A stretch of 64,000 nt of DNA from an uncultured Nitrospiraceae bacterium (GCA_963727805.1 CAVSHF010000003.1:1920001-1984000), one strand, 5' to 3'; positions 1 through 10,928 are shown, counted from the first letter of the stretch. Notes: generated from the letters alone by a model not told the origin. Numbers and translations: made by a program.

Positions 1-25
1 AGTAAGTGCTGTATACTACAAACAA

Positions 26-1405
26 ATGCAGATTAAGACTCTACTATCTACCATCGAAACATTCTTCTCCCGCACTTTATGGGAGATCGAAGCCTCGAGT
101 CTGAAGAGGACGCGCCGTCTTGTTGTCTTAGCAGTCAGGCTAGGGTATAAACTTGCGGATGATTTTCGGCAGGGCGAATTCTCGGTACGCGCATCGAGCC
201 TCGTGTATACGACTCTGCTGACCTTTGTTCCGTTGCTGGCCATTGCATTCTCGGTGCTGAAAGCACTTGGCGCACATAATATGATCGCACCTCTGCTGCT
301 CAAATTCCTCGAGCCTATCGGCGAGAAGAGTACAGAGATTACCGCTACAATAGTCAATTATGTGGACAGAATCAATGTCACGGTGCTCGGTACTGTCGGC
401 CTGGCGATGCTCCTTTACACAGTCATCAGCACGATCCAGCAGATCGAGAATGCCTTCAACCACTTCTGGCAGATCACCCGGGCACGCAGTATGCTTCAGA
501 AGTTCCGCGACTATTTAAGCGTCCTTCTAGTGGGTCCAATTTTAATCGTAGCATCGCTCGGCATCACTACGACAATCATGAGCAACAAAGTGACACAAAA
601 GCTCAGTGAGTTCGAGCCATTCGGCACCGGCATCATCTATATCGGTGAAATCTTTCCATATCTGTTAACCATATCAGCCTTCACCCTGTTCTATTATCTG
701 CTCCCCAATACCAAGGTGCACCTCAGGTCTGCACTGGCTGGTGGGGCTTTTGCAGGCATCCTGTGGCAAGTTCTCAGCTGGGGATTTGCAAAATTCCTGG
801 TGTCTACTGCCCAATATTCGGCCATCTATTCAGGGTTTGCCATTATCTTGGTCTTCATGATCTGGCTATATTTCAACTGGCTTATCATGCTTGTCGGCGT
901 GAAGGTAGCTTTTTATCATCAGTTCCCGACCGCACTCGGAATGCGTCAAGATCGTGAAATATTCACGGAACGCTTCAAATATCGCATCGCGCTGACCGTG
1001 ATGTACCTGATAGGATTACACTACTATCACGACAGGCCGCGCTGGACCTCCAGAAGCCTTGTTCGCCACCTCGGGTTGCCGGTTGCTCCTGTGATGGAGG
1101 TTCTCCATGCGCTGGAGGACTGTAAAATCCTTCTTTTGATGAAGGAAGATATGACCTATCTGCCGGCCAGAGACATTGAGACCATAACGGTGCGCGAAGT
1201 GGTTCTTGCAGTCCAGCAACAGATAGTGGGCGATAAGGCGTTCAGCAATGATCCATGCGCCATGCCGGTTATCAGCCGCCTATTGGACCGACTTGACGAG
1301 AGTATCATGCAGGCCTTTTCCGAAGAGACGGTAAAAAGCCTCATATCTGCGCCGGACGCCGTCGCCTGTGAAGCAATGCTCGCTCGGCCCGTTTCCAAGA
1401 CCTGA
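26..1405 (+). CDS. YihY/virulence factor BrkB family membrane protein with C-terminal Rrf2-like winged-helix extension
   Basis: RASSLVYTTLLTFVPLLA, IENAFNHFW and YSAIYSGFA..WLYFNWLIMLVG motifs; multiple TM helices; C-terminal YLPARD..ITVREV. Confidence 0.9.
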   Translation: MQIKTLLSTIETFFSRTLWEIEASSLKRTRRLVVLAVRLGYKLADDFRQGEFSVRASSLVYTTLLTFVPLLAIAFSVLKALGAHNMIAPLLLKFLEPIGEKSTEITATIVNYVDRINVTVLGTVGLAMLLYTVISTIQQIENAFNHFWQITRARSMLQKFRDYLSVLLVGPILIVASLGITTTIMSNKVTQKLSEFEPFGTGIIYIGEIFPYLLTISAFTLFYYLLPNTKVHLRSALAGGAFAGILWQVLSWGFAKFLVSTAQYSAIYSGFAIILVFMIWLYFNWLIMLVGVKVAFYHQFPTALGMRQDREIFTERFKYRIALTVMYLIGLHYYHDRPRWTSRSLVRHLGLPVAPVMEVLHALEDCKILLLMKEDMTYLPARDIETITVREVVLAVQQQIVGDKAFSNDPCAMPVISRLLDRLDESIMQAFSEETVKSLISAPDAVACEAMLARPVSKT

Positions 1406-1844
1406 CATTTATCCGCTTCATGTACCTGTTCGTGCTAACATTCCTTAATGATTAGCAATCTGCAGCTTATATTTAATGCCCAATCCTTGATGCAGAGCCC
1501 CTGGATGTCAGAGTACCCCTTGGGATTGGGAGTTTCGATGTCAAGTTGACAACTCTCTCCCCTGAAACTCTCACCTGCACTAAAACATTTTATTATGTAT
1601 TTTCTATGGGAATCTAAGGAAGTTAAGGGCAACGTATTTAGCCAGATCATCTCGGTAACAAGCATAGTCGGCAACATCACGCCAGTGCGTGTCGCAGGTG
1701 CAGTTGATTATGTGATCATGTATCCATTGTGCGGATTTACTCTCGTAAATTTGTCATTGTAGCAAAATGTCATATGCAAGAATACGGGAGGCGGTTGACT
1801 AATCCCTCAGATGCTCTTATCCACGGACTTCCGTAAGGGTGTCC

Positions 1845-2570
1845 CTATTTTCGCCCACCAAAAACGGCAAACATGCCATGCTTGTAATAGCAGTCCACAT
1901 CCAAAAAACCAGCTCCTTTTAATACATTTAGTTGAGCTTCCAGTGTATCTGGCTTATTCATGCTGGAGGGAGACTTGTAACGTCGAATCACATCTTCGGG
2001 AGTATCATCTTTGATATCAATCCGCTCGATCATCCGCTTCATCCAGCGGGTCCAGAGATCAAAATACCATCCCTCCATAACCTCTGATGGAGCAAGGATT
2101 ACATCAATATTTACAAAATGCCCCTCAGTGCTTAAATGTTCATAAATATACTTGAATAATGCTGCCTTTTCCCTTAGCTCAAGATGATGAATTGCTAGTG
2201 AGGATACGATAAAATCGAACTCTCCTAACTCTATAATGCCCTCCAATATTTTTTGAAAACTCGCCTCTAAATAACGGACATTAGCAAATTTTGAAAGCTT
2301 TTCCTGCGCTTTTTCCAACATTGATTGCGAGCCATCGACCAACGTAGGGACTATAGTTTTATCTAGGAGAAGCAATTCTTGTGTTAACAAACCATCCCCG
2401 CATCCAAGGTCCAGAAGTCGATTGCCTTTTCTCCCACTGTAGAAGTAGCTGTAGAGAGAGGCCATGATGCCAATCATTCTCTGTCGGTCAACGATATAGA
2501 CATCAGCTTTCTCTAAATAGTTCTGCGAGAATACCTCATCTGACCATGCCGACTTCTCAAAGTTTCCCAT
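1845..2570 (-). CDS. Class I SAM-dependent methyltransferase (CmoA-like)
   Basis: LLDLGCGDG motif I, FDFIVSSLAIHHL; start moved to ATG at 2570, preceded by AGGAG. Confidence 0.85.
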   Translation of the reverse strand: MGNFEKSAWSDEVFSQNYLEKADVYIVDRQRMIGIMASLYSYFYSGRKGNRLLDLGCGDGLLTQELLLLDKTIVPTLVDGSQSMLEKAQEKLSKFANVRYLEASFQKILEGIIELGEFDFIVSSLAIHHLELREKAALFKYIYEHLSTEGHFVNIDVILAPSEVMEGWYFDLWTRWMKRMIERIDIKDDTPEDVIRRYKSPSSMNKPDTLEAQLNVLKGAGFLDVDCYYKHGMFAVFGGRK

Positions 2571-2809
2571 AGATCTCCTATAAGTATATCCAGCATCCAA
2601 AACACGACTTTCTCTTCATACTCAGCAGGCTTAGTCGTATCATACAGGCGTGTAGTACAGTAAGCAAGTTAGCACGAGTTTGTAGCTCTTCATAGTGCAA
2701 CTTTAATGTCTTTATGCGCATTGCTCTCTTAATACTCTCATACTGGATTAATTTACTGTTTTGAGAGAGACAGTCCTAAGTGCTACCCCTCTTGTAGTTA
2801 ATGTCATGT

Positions 2810-4003
2810 TCATTGTGTATTATTTTGCTCCTGATCAGAAAAATATCTCAGGGAATAGAGGATCTGCAGAATACTTAAAACTGTCAGAATCCCCAGGACC
2901 ATGATGCCGGAAATGAAGGACGCGAGGCCCCCCGCAGCCATGGTAAGTAAAGCTATCCCGTATTGCGGCAGAATGAACCGAAGTGCATCATCTGGCGGCT
3001 TGCCAGGGTATGAGGAGAGAAATATCGTATTCAGCGAAAGCATGCAAACTCCTGCAGAGGCGGTCAGAATCAAGGCCTCTTGGACAGGCATCATCTCATA
3101 AGGCCCCAGCACTATCACTCGTTTAATCCCAACGGCAATGGAAGCAATACCCATGGTCAGAGGTAAGTGTGAATAAAGCCATTGTTGGTATGCTCTGACG
3201 TGATCTCTTGTGGTCAACTGTCTAGTTCCTGCACCCTTGACTCCCTCGAAGTATCCCCACCAAAGAGTAAACGCGATGACTAGTCCCATGACACCGTCAA
3301 CACCCATGGCGAACGTCAATCGGTCCACCCGGATCCCCATAACGACACTGACGACGGCCTCGCCGATCACAATAATAGTAAAGAGGCCGAAACGCTCAGG
3401 GAGATGCATGAGATGGGGGGGGAACTTGGTATGGAGTTGTCCGGCAGTGAGAGGAGCAATAAAATCTACGACTATCGCAACGTACCAAAAAATGAAGCGG
3501 TGCTGCATTGGTATGAGAGCTGATACTACCCATAAAGTCGCAGCGATCCCGAAGCCCAACATATAACGGTTTATAAGAGGGCGAACATGCGGTATGTGTC
3601 TTGCAGCGCGAAAGTATTCAGCTACTAGCATGTATCGAACCGCTGCATACGACAGGGCGAAACCAACGGAGCTTTTGCCAAGTGCATCGGGCAGATGTAT
3701 GATGAGTGACCCTACAGCCACAATCTGTGCCATTGTGATGAGCCTGTGCCCAACGTCATCGGAATCAAAACGAGTCAAATAGAAAGTGTGGCCGACCCAC
3801 GCCCACCAGACCGGCACAAAGAGAATAGAGAAATGCAGCATTCCTATCAGCGAGTAGTCTTTATTGAGGTTTCCAGCCAACTGAGATATGGCCGCAACGA
3901 AGACAAGATCATAGAAGAGCTCTAGCCATGTCGCGTGCCTCTCCCTCTTCTCACCGGCTTCGGTCCTCAGCCTCGGAGGTCTGATAAGACCTTTTTTTAA
4001 CAT
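2810..4003 (-). CDS. ltrA: Low temperature requirement protein A family membrane protein
   Basis: ATWLELFYDLVFV and HLPERFGLFTIIVIGE signature motifs. Confidence 0.9.
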   Translation of the reverse strand: MLKKGLIRPPRLRTEAGEKRERHATWLELFYDLVFVAAISQLAGNLNKDYSLIGMLHFSILFVPVWWAWVGHTFYLTRFDSDDVGHRLITMAQIVAVGSLIIHLPDALGKSSVGFALSYAAVRYMLVAEYFRAARHIPHVRPLINRYMLGFGIAATLWVVSALIPMQHRFIFWYVAIVVDFIAPLTAGQLHTKFPPHLMHLPERFGLFTIIVIGEAVVSVVMGIRVDRLTFAMGVDGVMGLVIAFTLWWGYFEGVKGAGTRQLTTRDHVRAYQQWLYSHLPLTMGIASIAVGIKRVIVLGPYEMMPVQEALILTASAGVCMLSLNTIFLSSYPGKPPDDALRFILPQYGIALLTMAAGGLASFISGIMVLGILTVLSILQILYSLRYFSDQEQNNTQ

Positions 4004-4160
4004 TGGATGGGCATCATAGTTTTAAGGTGTTCAGAAGGCAAAACAATCACATGCCACTTGCCAGATTTTACCTGTGCAACATGTTTGTACTTTCATTGGG
4101 GCCTCTTTTAGGCTCATTCTTTTACTCGCTTACCAAGTTCTACCTTTTTATAAGGGAGTC

Positions 4161-5009
4161 CTAGCTGGTCTTGCTCGCAAGACTAATATGCATGTCAGTA
4201 AATATGACCGAACGCATAGATATTGAACCCAATGTTACCCTGTCTGCAAAAAAGATGATTTTATCTGCCTCATCCTGCAGCGAAAGGACATAGAGTAGTG
4301 GCAGATAATGTTCATTCGTTGGCACAGATAAGCGCGCTACCCCACCAAACTTCTGATAGTGGGCAAGTGAGTCGTGATCTCTTGACAAGATGAGTTGCTT
4401 CACTTTTTCATCAAACTCAAGTGCCCAGTCATAGGCAATGTCTTGCCAAGCCACCGTCATAAGATTATGAACAATATTTCCGCTACCAATAATTAGAACT
4501 CCCTTGTTTCTAAATGCCAGTAACTCCATCCCCAATTCATAATGATATTTTGGCTCTTTTTTGCTGTCGAGGCTGAGTTGAACGACCGGGATATCAGCAT
4601 GCGGAAACATCCGGGACAAGACCGACCAGGCACCATGATCAAGACCCCGGCTAAAATCCATTTCTGCTCGTACTTTGTGCAGAGTTTGTGCGGTGAGACG
4701 AGCTAACTCTGGTGACCCCTGAGCAGGGTACAGCATTTCGTAAAGTTTCTGAGGAAACCCGTAAAAATCATGAATGGTTTTAGGCTGTTTCACCGCTGTT
4801 ACTCGCGTACCATCTGTTACCCAATGCGCGGAGATGCACAGGATTGCTCTGGGCTTCGGGAGACATTGGCCCACTTCCGTCCATACCCTGCTAAACTCGT
4901 TATCATCAATAGCGTTTATAGGACTCCCATGCCCCACAAAAATGACTGGCATTCTGATTTCAGAATCATGAAGCTCGATTGCATTACCGAATAATTCATT
5001 AGAGGCCAT
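4161..5009 (-). CDS. ygiD: 4,5-DOPA extradiol dioxygenase (LigB family)
   Basis: FVGHGSP, CISAHW, TIHDFYGFP, GLDHGAW, GSGNIVHNL, PTNEHYLPLLY; GAGGAGG SD. Confidence 0.9.
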   Translation of the reverse strand: MASNELFGNAIELHDSEIRMPVIFVGHGSPINAIDDNEFSRVWTEVGQCLPKPRAILCISAHWVTDGTRVTAVKQPKTIHDFYGFPQKLYEMLYPAQGSPELARLTAQTLHKVRAEMDFSRGLDHGAWSVLSRMFPHADIPVVQLSLDSKKEPKYHYELGMELLAFRNKGVLIIGSGNIVHNLMTVAWQDIAYDWALEFDEKVKQLILSRDHDSLAHYQKFGGVARLSVPTNEHYLPLLYVLSLQDEADKIIFFADRVTLGSISMRSVIFTDMHISLASKTS

Positions 5010-5326
5010 CTAATTCATTCCTCCTCAAATAGATCCCTCAATCATGTACCGAAAATGTCCTCATCGGTTGCTGGAACCTAATGCAGAAGGGGATATTTCT
5101 GATGAAACGCCCCCTCCACATATAATATTTGAATTCTTCATTACATAAGGCACAAAGTTACTGCAATTACCCCAACGTGCCTATTTACTGCTTTCCTCCG
5201 TCGCTTTGTAAGATTCAGAGTATAGTCTTTTTGCGCATTCAGGACAGATAGTTTATGTTGTTTGCCCAAGCTCTTCTAATGAAATTTGATCCATCTGATC
5301 AGATCCTCCTAATCCTGCTACCCTGA

Positions 5327-7273
5327 CTACATTGATTGATCACTCTCGTAGCGGTCGTATTTTCTGCATGTATCCTTTTCGCATACAAGCACGCCGTCGA
5401 TGTCTTTTCTGACGACAAATTTGTACGGCCTAAAATCCTGCACGGCCTGTTCATAAAATTGCGATGTCTCGACCTTGTATATCCCCTTTTGAAAGGCGTG
5501 CAGACTGATCAGGTACGAATACGAGAGAGTTGGATACTCTTCCACGAGGGCAGCAAAGGCCTTGAGTGTCTTTTGTGCATAATCGATATAAGCCGTCTCT
5601 CCCGTTGCGGCAGCAATCAATAAAAGGACAGAGGACGCAATGCCGTTGGCGGACTGCACCGGTGAATCCTGAATATTTTTTACGCTAATCCCTAGATAGC
5701 CCTTTCCCCCACGTTCGGCGTCAAAGAAGCCCCAACCTTCACTGTCCCAGAAGAGCTCAATCGCTGCATCGACCAAATCTTTCGCACTTTGTAAATATTC
5801 CTCCTTCTGAGTCGTCTGATAGAGTTCAAGGAGCCCCCTTGCAAAGAACAGGTAATCTTCAAGGAATCCCGACACTCCTTCCCTATGAACTATACGTCCC
5901 CCTGCATAGTATTCAGTGAGAATACGCCTGGCAGCCTTTTCCGCCAAATCGACATACTCGCTGTTGCTAAATAAATTCCCTGCAATGCACAGGGCCTCGA
6001 TCATAAGGCCGTTCCAGTTTGTGTAAATAGTTTTGTCGATATAAGGCATCTCTCTCTTTTCTTCGCGGTACCGCAGCATTGTCTTCTTTGCAGATTGTAT
6101 TAAAGCCTCTATTTCCGGAACAGACCGGCGCATACTCTCAGCGATCTTCCCAGGCTCCCTGTCGATAAAAAGGACATTCTTTGAGGGATCATGGTGCACC
6201 TGTCCGATGGTCGAGATGCCGAAGTGCATTCTGATAGACTGAAGCTCGTCAGTAGAGAGGATGGTGGCCAACTCCTCTGAAGAGAAGGTATAGTACCCAC
6301 CTTCGTCAAGCACGCCAATGTCGGCATCCTGCGAGGCATAGAAGCCCCCCATGTCATCACATCCATAAATTTTATAATAGGTGACAATCCCATCAGCCGC
6401 GTCCTTATAACGTTCTCTACCAAAAACCCTATAGGCAATCGAATAAAGTTTCAGCAATTCAGCATTGTCATAGAGCATCTTCTCGAAATGGGGGACAAGC
6501 CATTTTTCGTCGGTCGAATAGCGGAAAAAACCACCCAGAAGGTGATCATGGATACCCCCTTTCGCCATACCGTCGAGGGCGATGATAATCCCCTCACTGA
6601 TTGATTCATCCCCCTTGAAGAAATGGCAGTTGATCAGAAATTCCAATGCCGAAGCATGATGGAATTTCGGGGCCTTGCCGAGCCCGCCATAATTCATGTC
6701 CATCGCAGAGAGAGTGACAGAAACTCCCCTTTCAATCAGCTCCGATCCGGTATCAGCCTTCACATCCATCGAAGCGGAAAGCACGCTATTCTGATAAAAC
6801 TCTTCAGCGACCTCCTCGATCCGTCCTCTCTCGATGCGGTAGAGTTCGGAGAGTTTATAAAGTAGCACCTTTAATCCCGGTTTCTCCCACCGAGCCTCCG
6901 GCGGAAAGTAGGTACCGCCATAAAAAAACTTACCCTCTGACGTTAAAAAAGCGGTGAGGGGCCAGCCGCCACTTCCGCTTGTCCGCAGGACTGCATCCTG
7001 ATAACGCCGATCGATATCTGGTCGTTCGTCGCGATCAACCTTTACCGGAACAAAGTGTTCGTTGATTACAGCTGCTATTTCTTCGTCCTCAAAACTTTCA
7101 TGGGCCATAACATGGCACCAATGGCACCACGTACCTCCGATCGAAAGAAGGATCGGACGGTCCAGCTCCTTTGCACGTGCAAAGGCCTCGTCACCCCATT
7201 CAAACCAGCCGACAGGCTGGTTTTGTGCTTTACGGAGATAAGGACTTTTCGCCCCCGCAAGTCTGTTCGGCAT
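5327..7273 (-). CDS. Thioredoxin domain-containing protein, YyaL/SSP411 (DUF255) family
   Basis: NRL...SPYL, WCHWCHVMAHESFED, KVDRDERPDID, GGWPLT, VPHFEKMLYDNA. Confidence 0.92.
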   Translation of the reverse strand: MPNRLAGAKSPYLRKAQNQPVGWFEWGDEAFARAKELDRPILLSIGGTWCHWCHVMAHESFEDEEIAAVINEHFVPVKVDRDERPDIDRRYQDAVLRTSGSGGWPLTAFLTSEGKFFYGGTYFPPEARWEKPGLKVLLYKLSELYRIERGRIEEVAEEFYQNSVLSASMDVKADTGSELIERGVSVTLSAMDMNYGGLGKAPKFHHASALEFLINCHFFKGDESISEGIIIALDGMAKGGIHDHLLGGFFRYSTDEKWLVPHFEKMLYDNAELLKLYSIAYRVFGRERYKDAADGIVTYYKIYGCDDMGGFYASQDADIGVLDEGGYYTFSSEELATILSTDELQSIRMHFGISTIGQVHHDPSKNVLFIDREPGKIAESMRRSVPEIEALIQSAKKTMLRYREEKREMPYIDKTIYTNWNGLMIEALCIAGNLFSNSEYVDLAEKAARRILTEYYAGGRIVHREGVSGFLEDYLFFARGLLELYQTTQKEEYLQSAKDLVDAAIELFWDSEGWGFFDAERGGKGYLGISVKNIQDSPVQSANGIASSVLLLIAAATGETAYIDYAQKTLKAFAALVEEYPTLSYSYLISLHAFQKGIYKVETSQFYEQAVQDFRPYKFVVRKDIDGVLVCEKDTCRKYDRYESDQSM

Positions 7274-7405
7274 GATACCTCCTGAGCGCTCAACACGGCA
7301 AAGTATTTTTAGAGTATACGTTAGATTATAAGTATGATCCGTGTCATATCAAAAGACCTTGTTATTTGATAAACTTTGTGTAAATAATTCGATTGAGAGG
7401 TTATC

Positions 7406-7981
7406 ATGGGAAGCAAGCTTGATTTCACCGATGAGGATTTGCGCGAAGCCCTGAAAGACATCGGCGCTTATGTCGACATAACCGAAGAAGATCTGAAGAA
7501 GATATATGCCCTTGCACTTAAACATGCCCAGCAGCGACTTGCAGCTTCTGTCCCGGTTACTGCTGTTATGACAAAAGAGGTCATCTCAGTGAAAATTAGT
7601 GATGATATCCCCCATGCAGTCAAACTCCTCTCGGAAAACAATGTAAGCGGCCTTCCCGTGACTGACGAGGGGGGGCATGTAGTCGGTGTTATCTCGGAGG
7701 CCGATGTCCTCGGTACAGTAGGGATGGTAAAAGAGCATAAGTTCAAGGATGTCATGAGGTGGCTACTCGGAGAACCCATGCAGGGTGGTAGAAAGGGCGA
7801 GAAAGTAGGTGACGTAATGTCAGCACCGCCGATTACGATCCTGCCGGAGTCAGCCCTCAGTGAAGCCGCACGGATACTGACAGAAAGGAGAATCAAGCGG
7901 CTTCCCGTAGTTGACAATAAAAATTCTCTTGTTGGCATTGTCTCACGGGCGGACATTGTACGGGCCGCGCAGGAACGATGA
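7406..7981 (+). CDS. CBS-pair domain protein with N-terminal helical extension
   Basis: Two CBS repeats (VSGLPV..VVGVISEAD; IKRLPVVD..LVGIVSRADI); GAGG SD. Confidence 0.88.
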   Translation: MGSKLDFTDEDLREALKDIGAYVDITEEDLKKIYALALKHAQQRLAASVPVTAVMTKEVISVKISDDIPHAVKLLSENNVSGLPVTDEGGHVVGVISEADVLGTVGMVKEHKFKDVMRWLLGEPMQGGRKGEKVGDVMSAPPITILPESALSEAARILTERRIKRLPVVDNKNSLVGIVSRADIVRAAQER

Positions 7982-8517
7982 ATAAACTCATTGCTAAAAT
8001 GAAAGGGGGTGCACAAATCCCTCCCCGGATGTCGATGCCGGAAATACTCTATTCGTTCGTCGGCAGCTTTGTAGGAATCGGGCTATGCAGCTATCTGTCA
8101 TACTTTTTTTTCGAGCCACGAGATCTAGTCCTGCTTATCGGATCGATGGGAGCTTCGGCCGTCCTCCTTTACGGTGCGATTAAAAGTCCTCTCGCCCAGC
8201 CGAGAAATCTCATCGGGGGACATGTAATATCAGGAATCGTTGGTGTTCTCAGCTTTCAGCTCTTTCAGGGTAATGTCGTATTAGCGTCGGCCGTTGCCGT
8301 CTCGCTGGCTATAACCGTAATGGCATTGACGAGAACGATTCATCCTCCCGGCGGCGCAACTGCTCTCATTGCTGTTATCGGCGGCGACAAGATTCACAGT
8401 CTCGGGTTTTTATACCCTTTCGTTCCCGCAGGCGCAGGAGCACTGGTGCTGCTTTTCGTTGCCCTTTTTACCAATAATATTGTACGAAGCAGGAAATACC
8501 CCGAATATTGGTTTTGA
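7978..8517 (+). CDS. HPP family membrane protein (putative transporter)
   Basis: GASAVLLYG..SPLAQPRNLIGGH and IHPPGGATAL; ATGA overlap with the CBS gene. Confidence 0.92.
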   Translation: MNKLIAKMKGGAQIPPRMSMPEILYSFVGSFVGIGLCSYLSYFFFEPRDLVLLIGSMGASAVLLYGAIKSPLAQPRNLIGGHVISGIVGVLSFQLFQGNVVLASAVAVSLAITVMALTRTIHPPGGATALIAVIGGDKIHSLGFLYPFVPAGAGALVLLFVALFTNNIVRSRKYPEYWF

Positions 8518-8881
8518 CAGGTCTTCCGGAGCTAACATGCCCCATCTGATAAGTGCTGTTCAGTTCCGGTTCTAACAAGAGATTTTTCTCTTGGTTCATT
8601 ACCAAACCAGTGTCGGATCATGTTTCTCGTTGCCTTCAGGACATGGCCGCGCTTGAAATCAGCTTCAGAATGATCGCCATAATCGCCGATCACAAGACTC
8701 AATACCCCATAGCCACTACTGTCACCCGGTATATTTTTTCAGGAAGTGCAAATGACAACATTCAACTCAATACTTACTTTGTCAAGAGTTTATTGAAGTT
8801 CCAATAAAAGGATTCGGATAGGTAGTCAATTAATGAACTTGCACTAGTGGAATTTGACAACGCTTATATAGTGTGATAGCA

Positions 8882-8901
8882 ATATATATATATATATATA
8901 T
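8882..8901. repeat. (AT)10 dinucleotide microsatellite
   Basis: atatatatatatatatatat, downstream of TTGACA (8854-8859) and upstream of ORF 8939. Confidence 0.95.
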
Positions 8902-8938
8902 TCGGATGAGCTGCTCAAATACATAAGGAGGCATTGAT

Positions 8939-9223
8939 ATGAAAGAGCATGGAGAAGTGCAACCCCTTAAGAAGTTGCCCAGAGTAGGACAAACTGTAAA
9001 AAGCAAAAAGTACGGCACTTTATGGAGAGTGATGGAAAAACGCGAGGTTTGGCAAAATCTGCCTGACAAGGACCCCGAAATAACTCCCCACTTGGTCCCC
9101 GCTATTTACATAGCTTACTGGCGCATTAAGGAGGGGGTCCTTCCTGGTGTGGGAAAGATGATGGGCTTTGCTTACACAGCCTATGACACCACATTTGACA
9201 CAAACTGGGAAATTATGGGGTAG
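8939..9223 (+). CDS. Hypothetical protein (94 aa)
   Basis: Strong SD (AAGGAGG) at suitable spacing; protein-like composition. Confidence 0.7.
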   Translation: MKEHGEVQPLKKLPRVGQTVKSKKYGTLWRVMEKREVWQNLPDKDPEITPHLVPAIYIAYWRIKEGVLPGVGKMMGFAYTAYDTTFDTNWEIMG

Positions 9224-9924
9224 GAAAGGAAGGCAAAAAAACGCAAAATAAAGCCCTTCACTCAAAACTCAAAGATTGAGCTGTGGACATCGGGAATCAG
9301 CAAAATTGACTTCCATTTACTTTAGAAACTGATACCCGATTTAGATCAGGGGATACTAGCAAGAAAGTCTCACATAAAGCACCATCCAAGGCAGGATATA
9401 AACCATGCAGCGGCAACAAGTGATGCCTTGCCGCTACATTCTAAACTGGAATCTGTACCGAAGCGTCATGGTGAGCTTCACGCCGATGGGCCGTGTCAAC
9501 GCTAGCTCAACCAATCTGCCGATAACGATCGCCTTGGCACCAATCTTCGTGAGCCAATCGACCGATGCGACAGAATTTCATCAGTAGGATCTCAAATACC
9601 TGAGGTTAATTGATGTTCTTACATCCGTTGATGGTGTCTGTGTACATGAGCTCAACAGAGTCTTTGAGTCCCGATAAGTTCTTAAACAGCGTCTCCGCAG
9701 CGTTTATATCCTGCTTTGCGCAGGATGAGGTGAATTGGATAGTCATTGCAGATTAAAAGATAGAGAAATAACTCAACGACATCCCGCAGGACGTTATGAC
9801 TCGCATCATCCGACGATAGGCGAGCTTGACAAATGACAATTACAAAAGTTGTGCATATTCTGGGTTATAAAGTGCACGGCAAGTTCATACCGAAAACAGA
9901 AGCCTCGATTCACTCTTAGAGGCA

Positions 9925-10152
9925 TTAGACATGGACAAGTTCTCTTTTAACACGGCGGCAATTTGACACCTGGCGGGCCAATGACAGGCTGCCATATTGT
10001 TTAAGCGGACACGTGATTGTCTCATCTATGCCGCTCCGAATCAGGCAGCACCACTTCTGCCCTGAAATCAGACCAGCATAGGCACATCGACTGCCTTTTT
10101 GGTCGCATTCCTCAACATCTCTGTCCTTAATGAATTCCATGACATTAAACAT
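9925..10152 (-). CDS. Small Cys-rich hypothetical protein
   Basis: GTGAGG SD-like site 7 nt before ATG; six Cys; no recognised family. Confidence 0.4.
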   Translation of the reverse strand: MFNVMEFIKDRDVEECDQKGSRCAYAGLISGQKWCCLIRSGIDETITCPLKQYGSLSLARQVSNCRRVKRELVHV

Positions 10153-10382
10153 GACATAGCCTCACTTTGTATAGCTGTTTCAAGCAGCCCAATTCTAGCT
10201 AATTTAGAGCTTATAGTATGTTATCGGTCTCTTTTGTAATTTCTGTAGTCATGCTGTGCAACTCTTTGATATATCAGGTAGTCGTTATCATATTCAGAGA
10301 AAGAAGTCCCCATAAGATAGACCTTACGATAAACGTGTATATTGCAAATCATAACATGTGATTGTAGACTTAGAATTACATC

Positions 10383-10928
10383 ATGGAAGACGGGATGAGA
10401 ACAATCAAGCAGCCAATGGAAAAGATGGATGCCTCGCTTCACCTCTTTTTGTTGTTTGGAATCATTTTCCTCTTATTCTCGATCAATTCTTGTTCTTCTC
10501 ATGCTCCAGAAGACAATACTCTTACTAAAGAAACGTCCGAGGGTGTTGAAGTAAATTCAGTCAAAATCAAGGGCGAGACGATATCCGTTGGTGAGAATGC
10601 CGACATTGTTTATGACCGCATTGGAACCGGAAGTCTTACCACTGCAACTAATGACCCTGCTAACCCAAACAGTTTCCTTAAATTTCATTCTTATATTTCA
10701 GAGGGTAAAACATATCGAATCTCCATATGCAAGACAGCGGATCTGGGATTCGATCACGTTTGTAAAATATCCATTCTAAAATTTAATACACAGTCAGAAG
10801 TCGAACGAAGCTTGGACACCAAGAACCGTCGACTCCGCGATAGATTAGGTGACAAAATTGACAATAGTAAAAGCGCTCCGAAGGTCTTCACAGATGAGGA
10901 CCTGCAAAAATACGGATCGAAAAAATGA
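10383..10928 (+). CDS. Hypothetical exported protein or lipoprotein
   Basis: Hydrophobic segment followed by INSC lipobox-like motif; C-terminal PKVFTDEDL motif; exact start uncertain. Confidence 0.6.
   Translation: MEDGMRTIKQPMEKMDASLHLFLLFGIIFLLFSINSCSSHAPEDNTLTKETSEGVEVNSVKIKGETISVGENADIVYDRIGTGSLTTATNDPANPNSFLKFHSYISEGKTYRISICKTADLGFDHVCKISILKFNTQSEVERSLDTKNRRLRDRLGDKIDNSKSAPKVFTDEDLQKYGSKK

Noticed and set aside
1435..1810. Short ORFs in intergenic gaps (also 8553-8807, 9405-9587, 19145-19339)
   Set aside because: No SD or family motifs recognised; may be decayed DNA but cannot be supported
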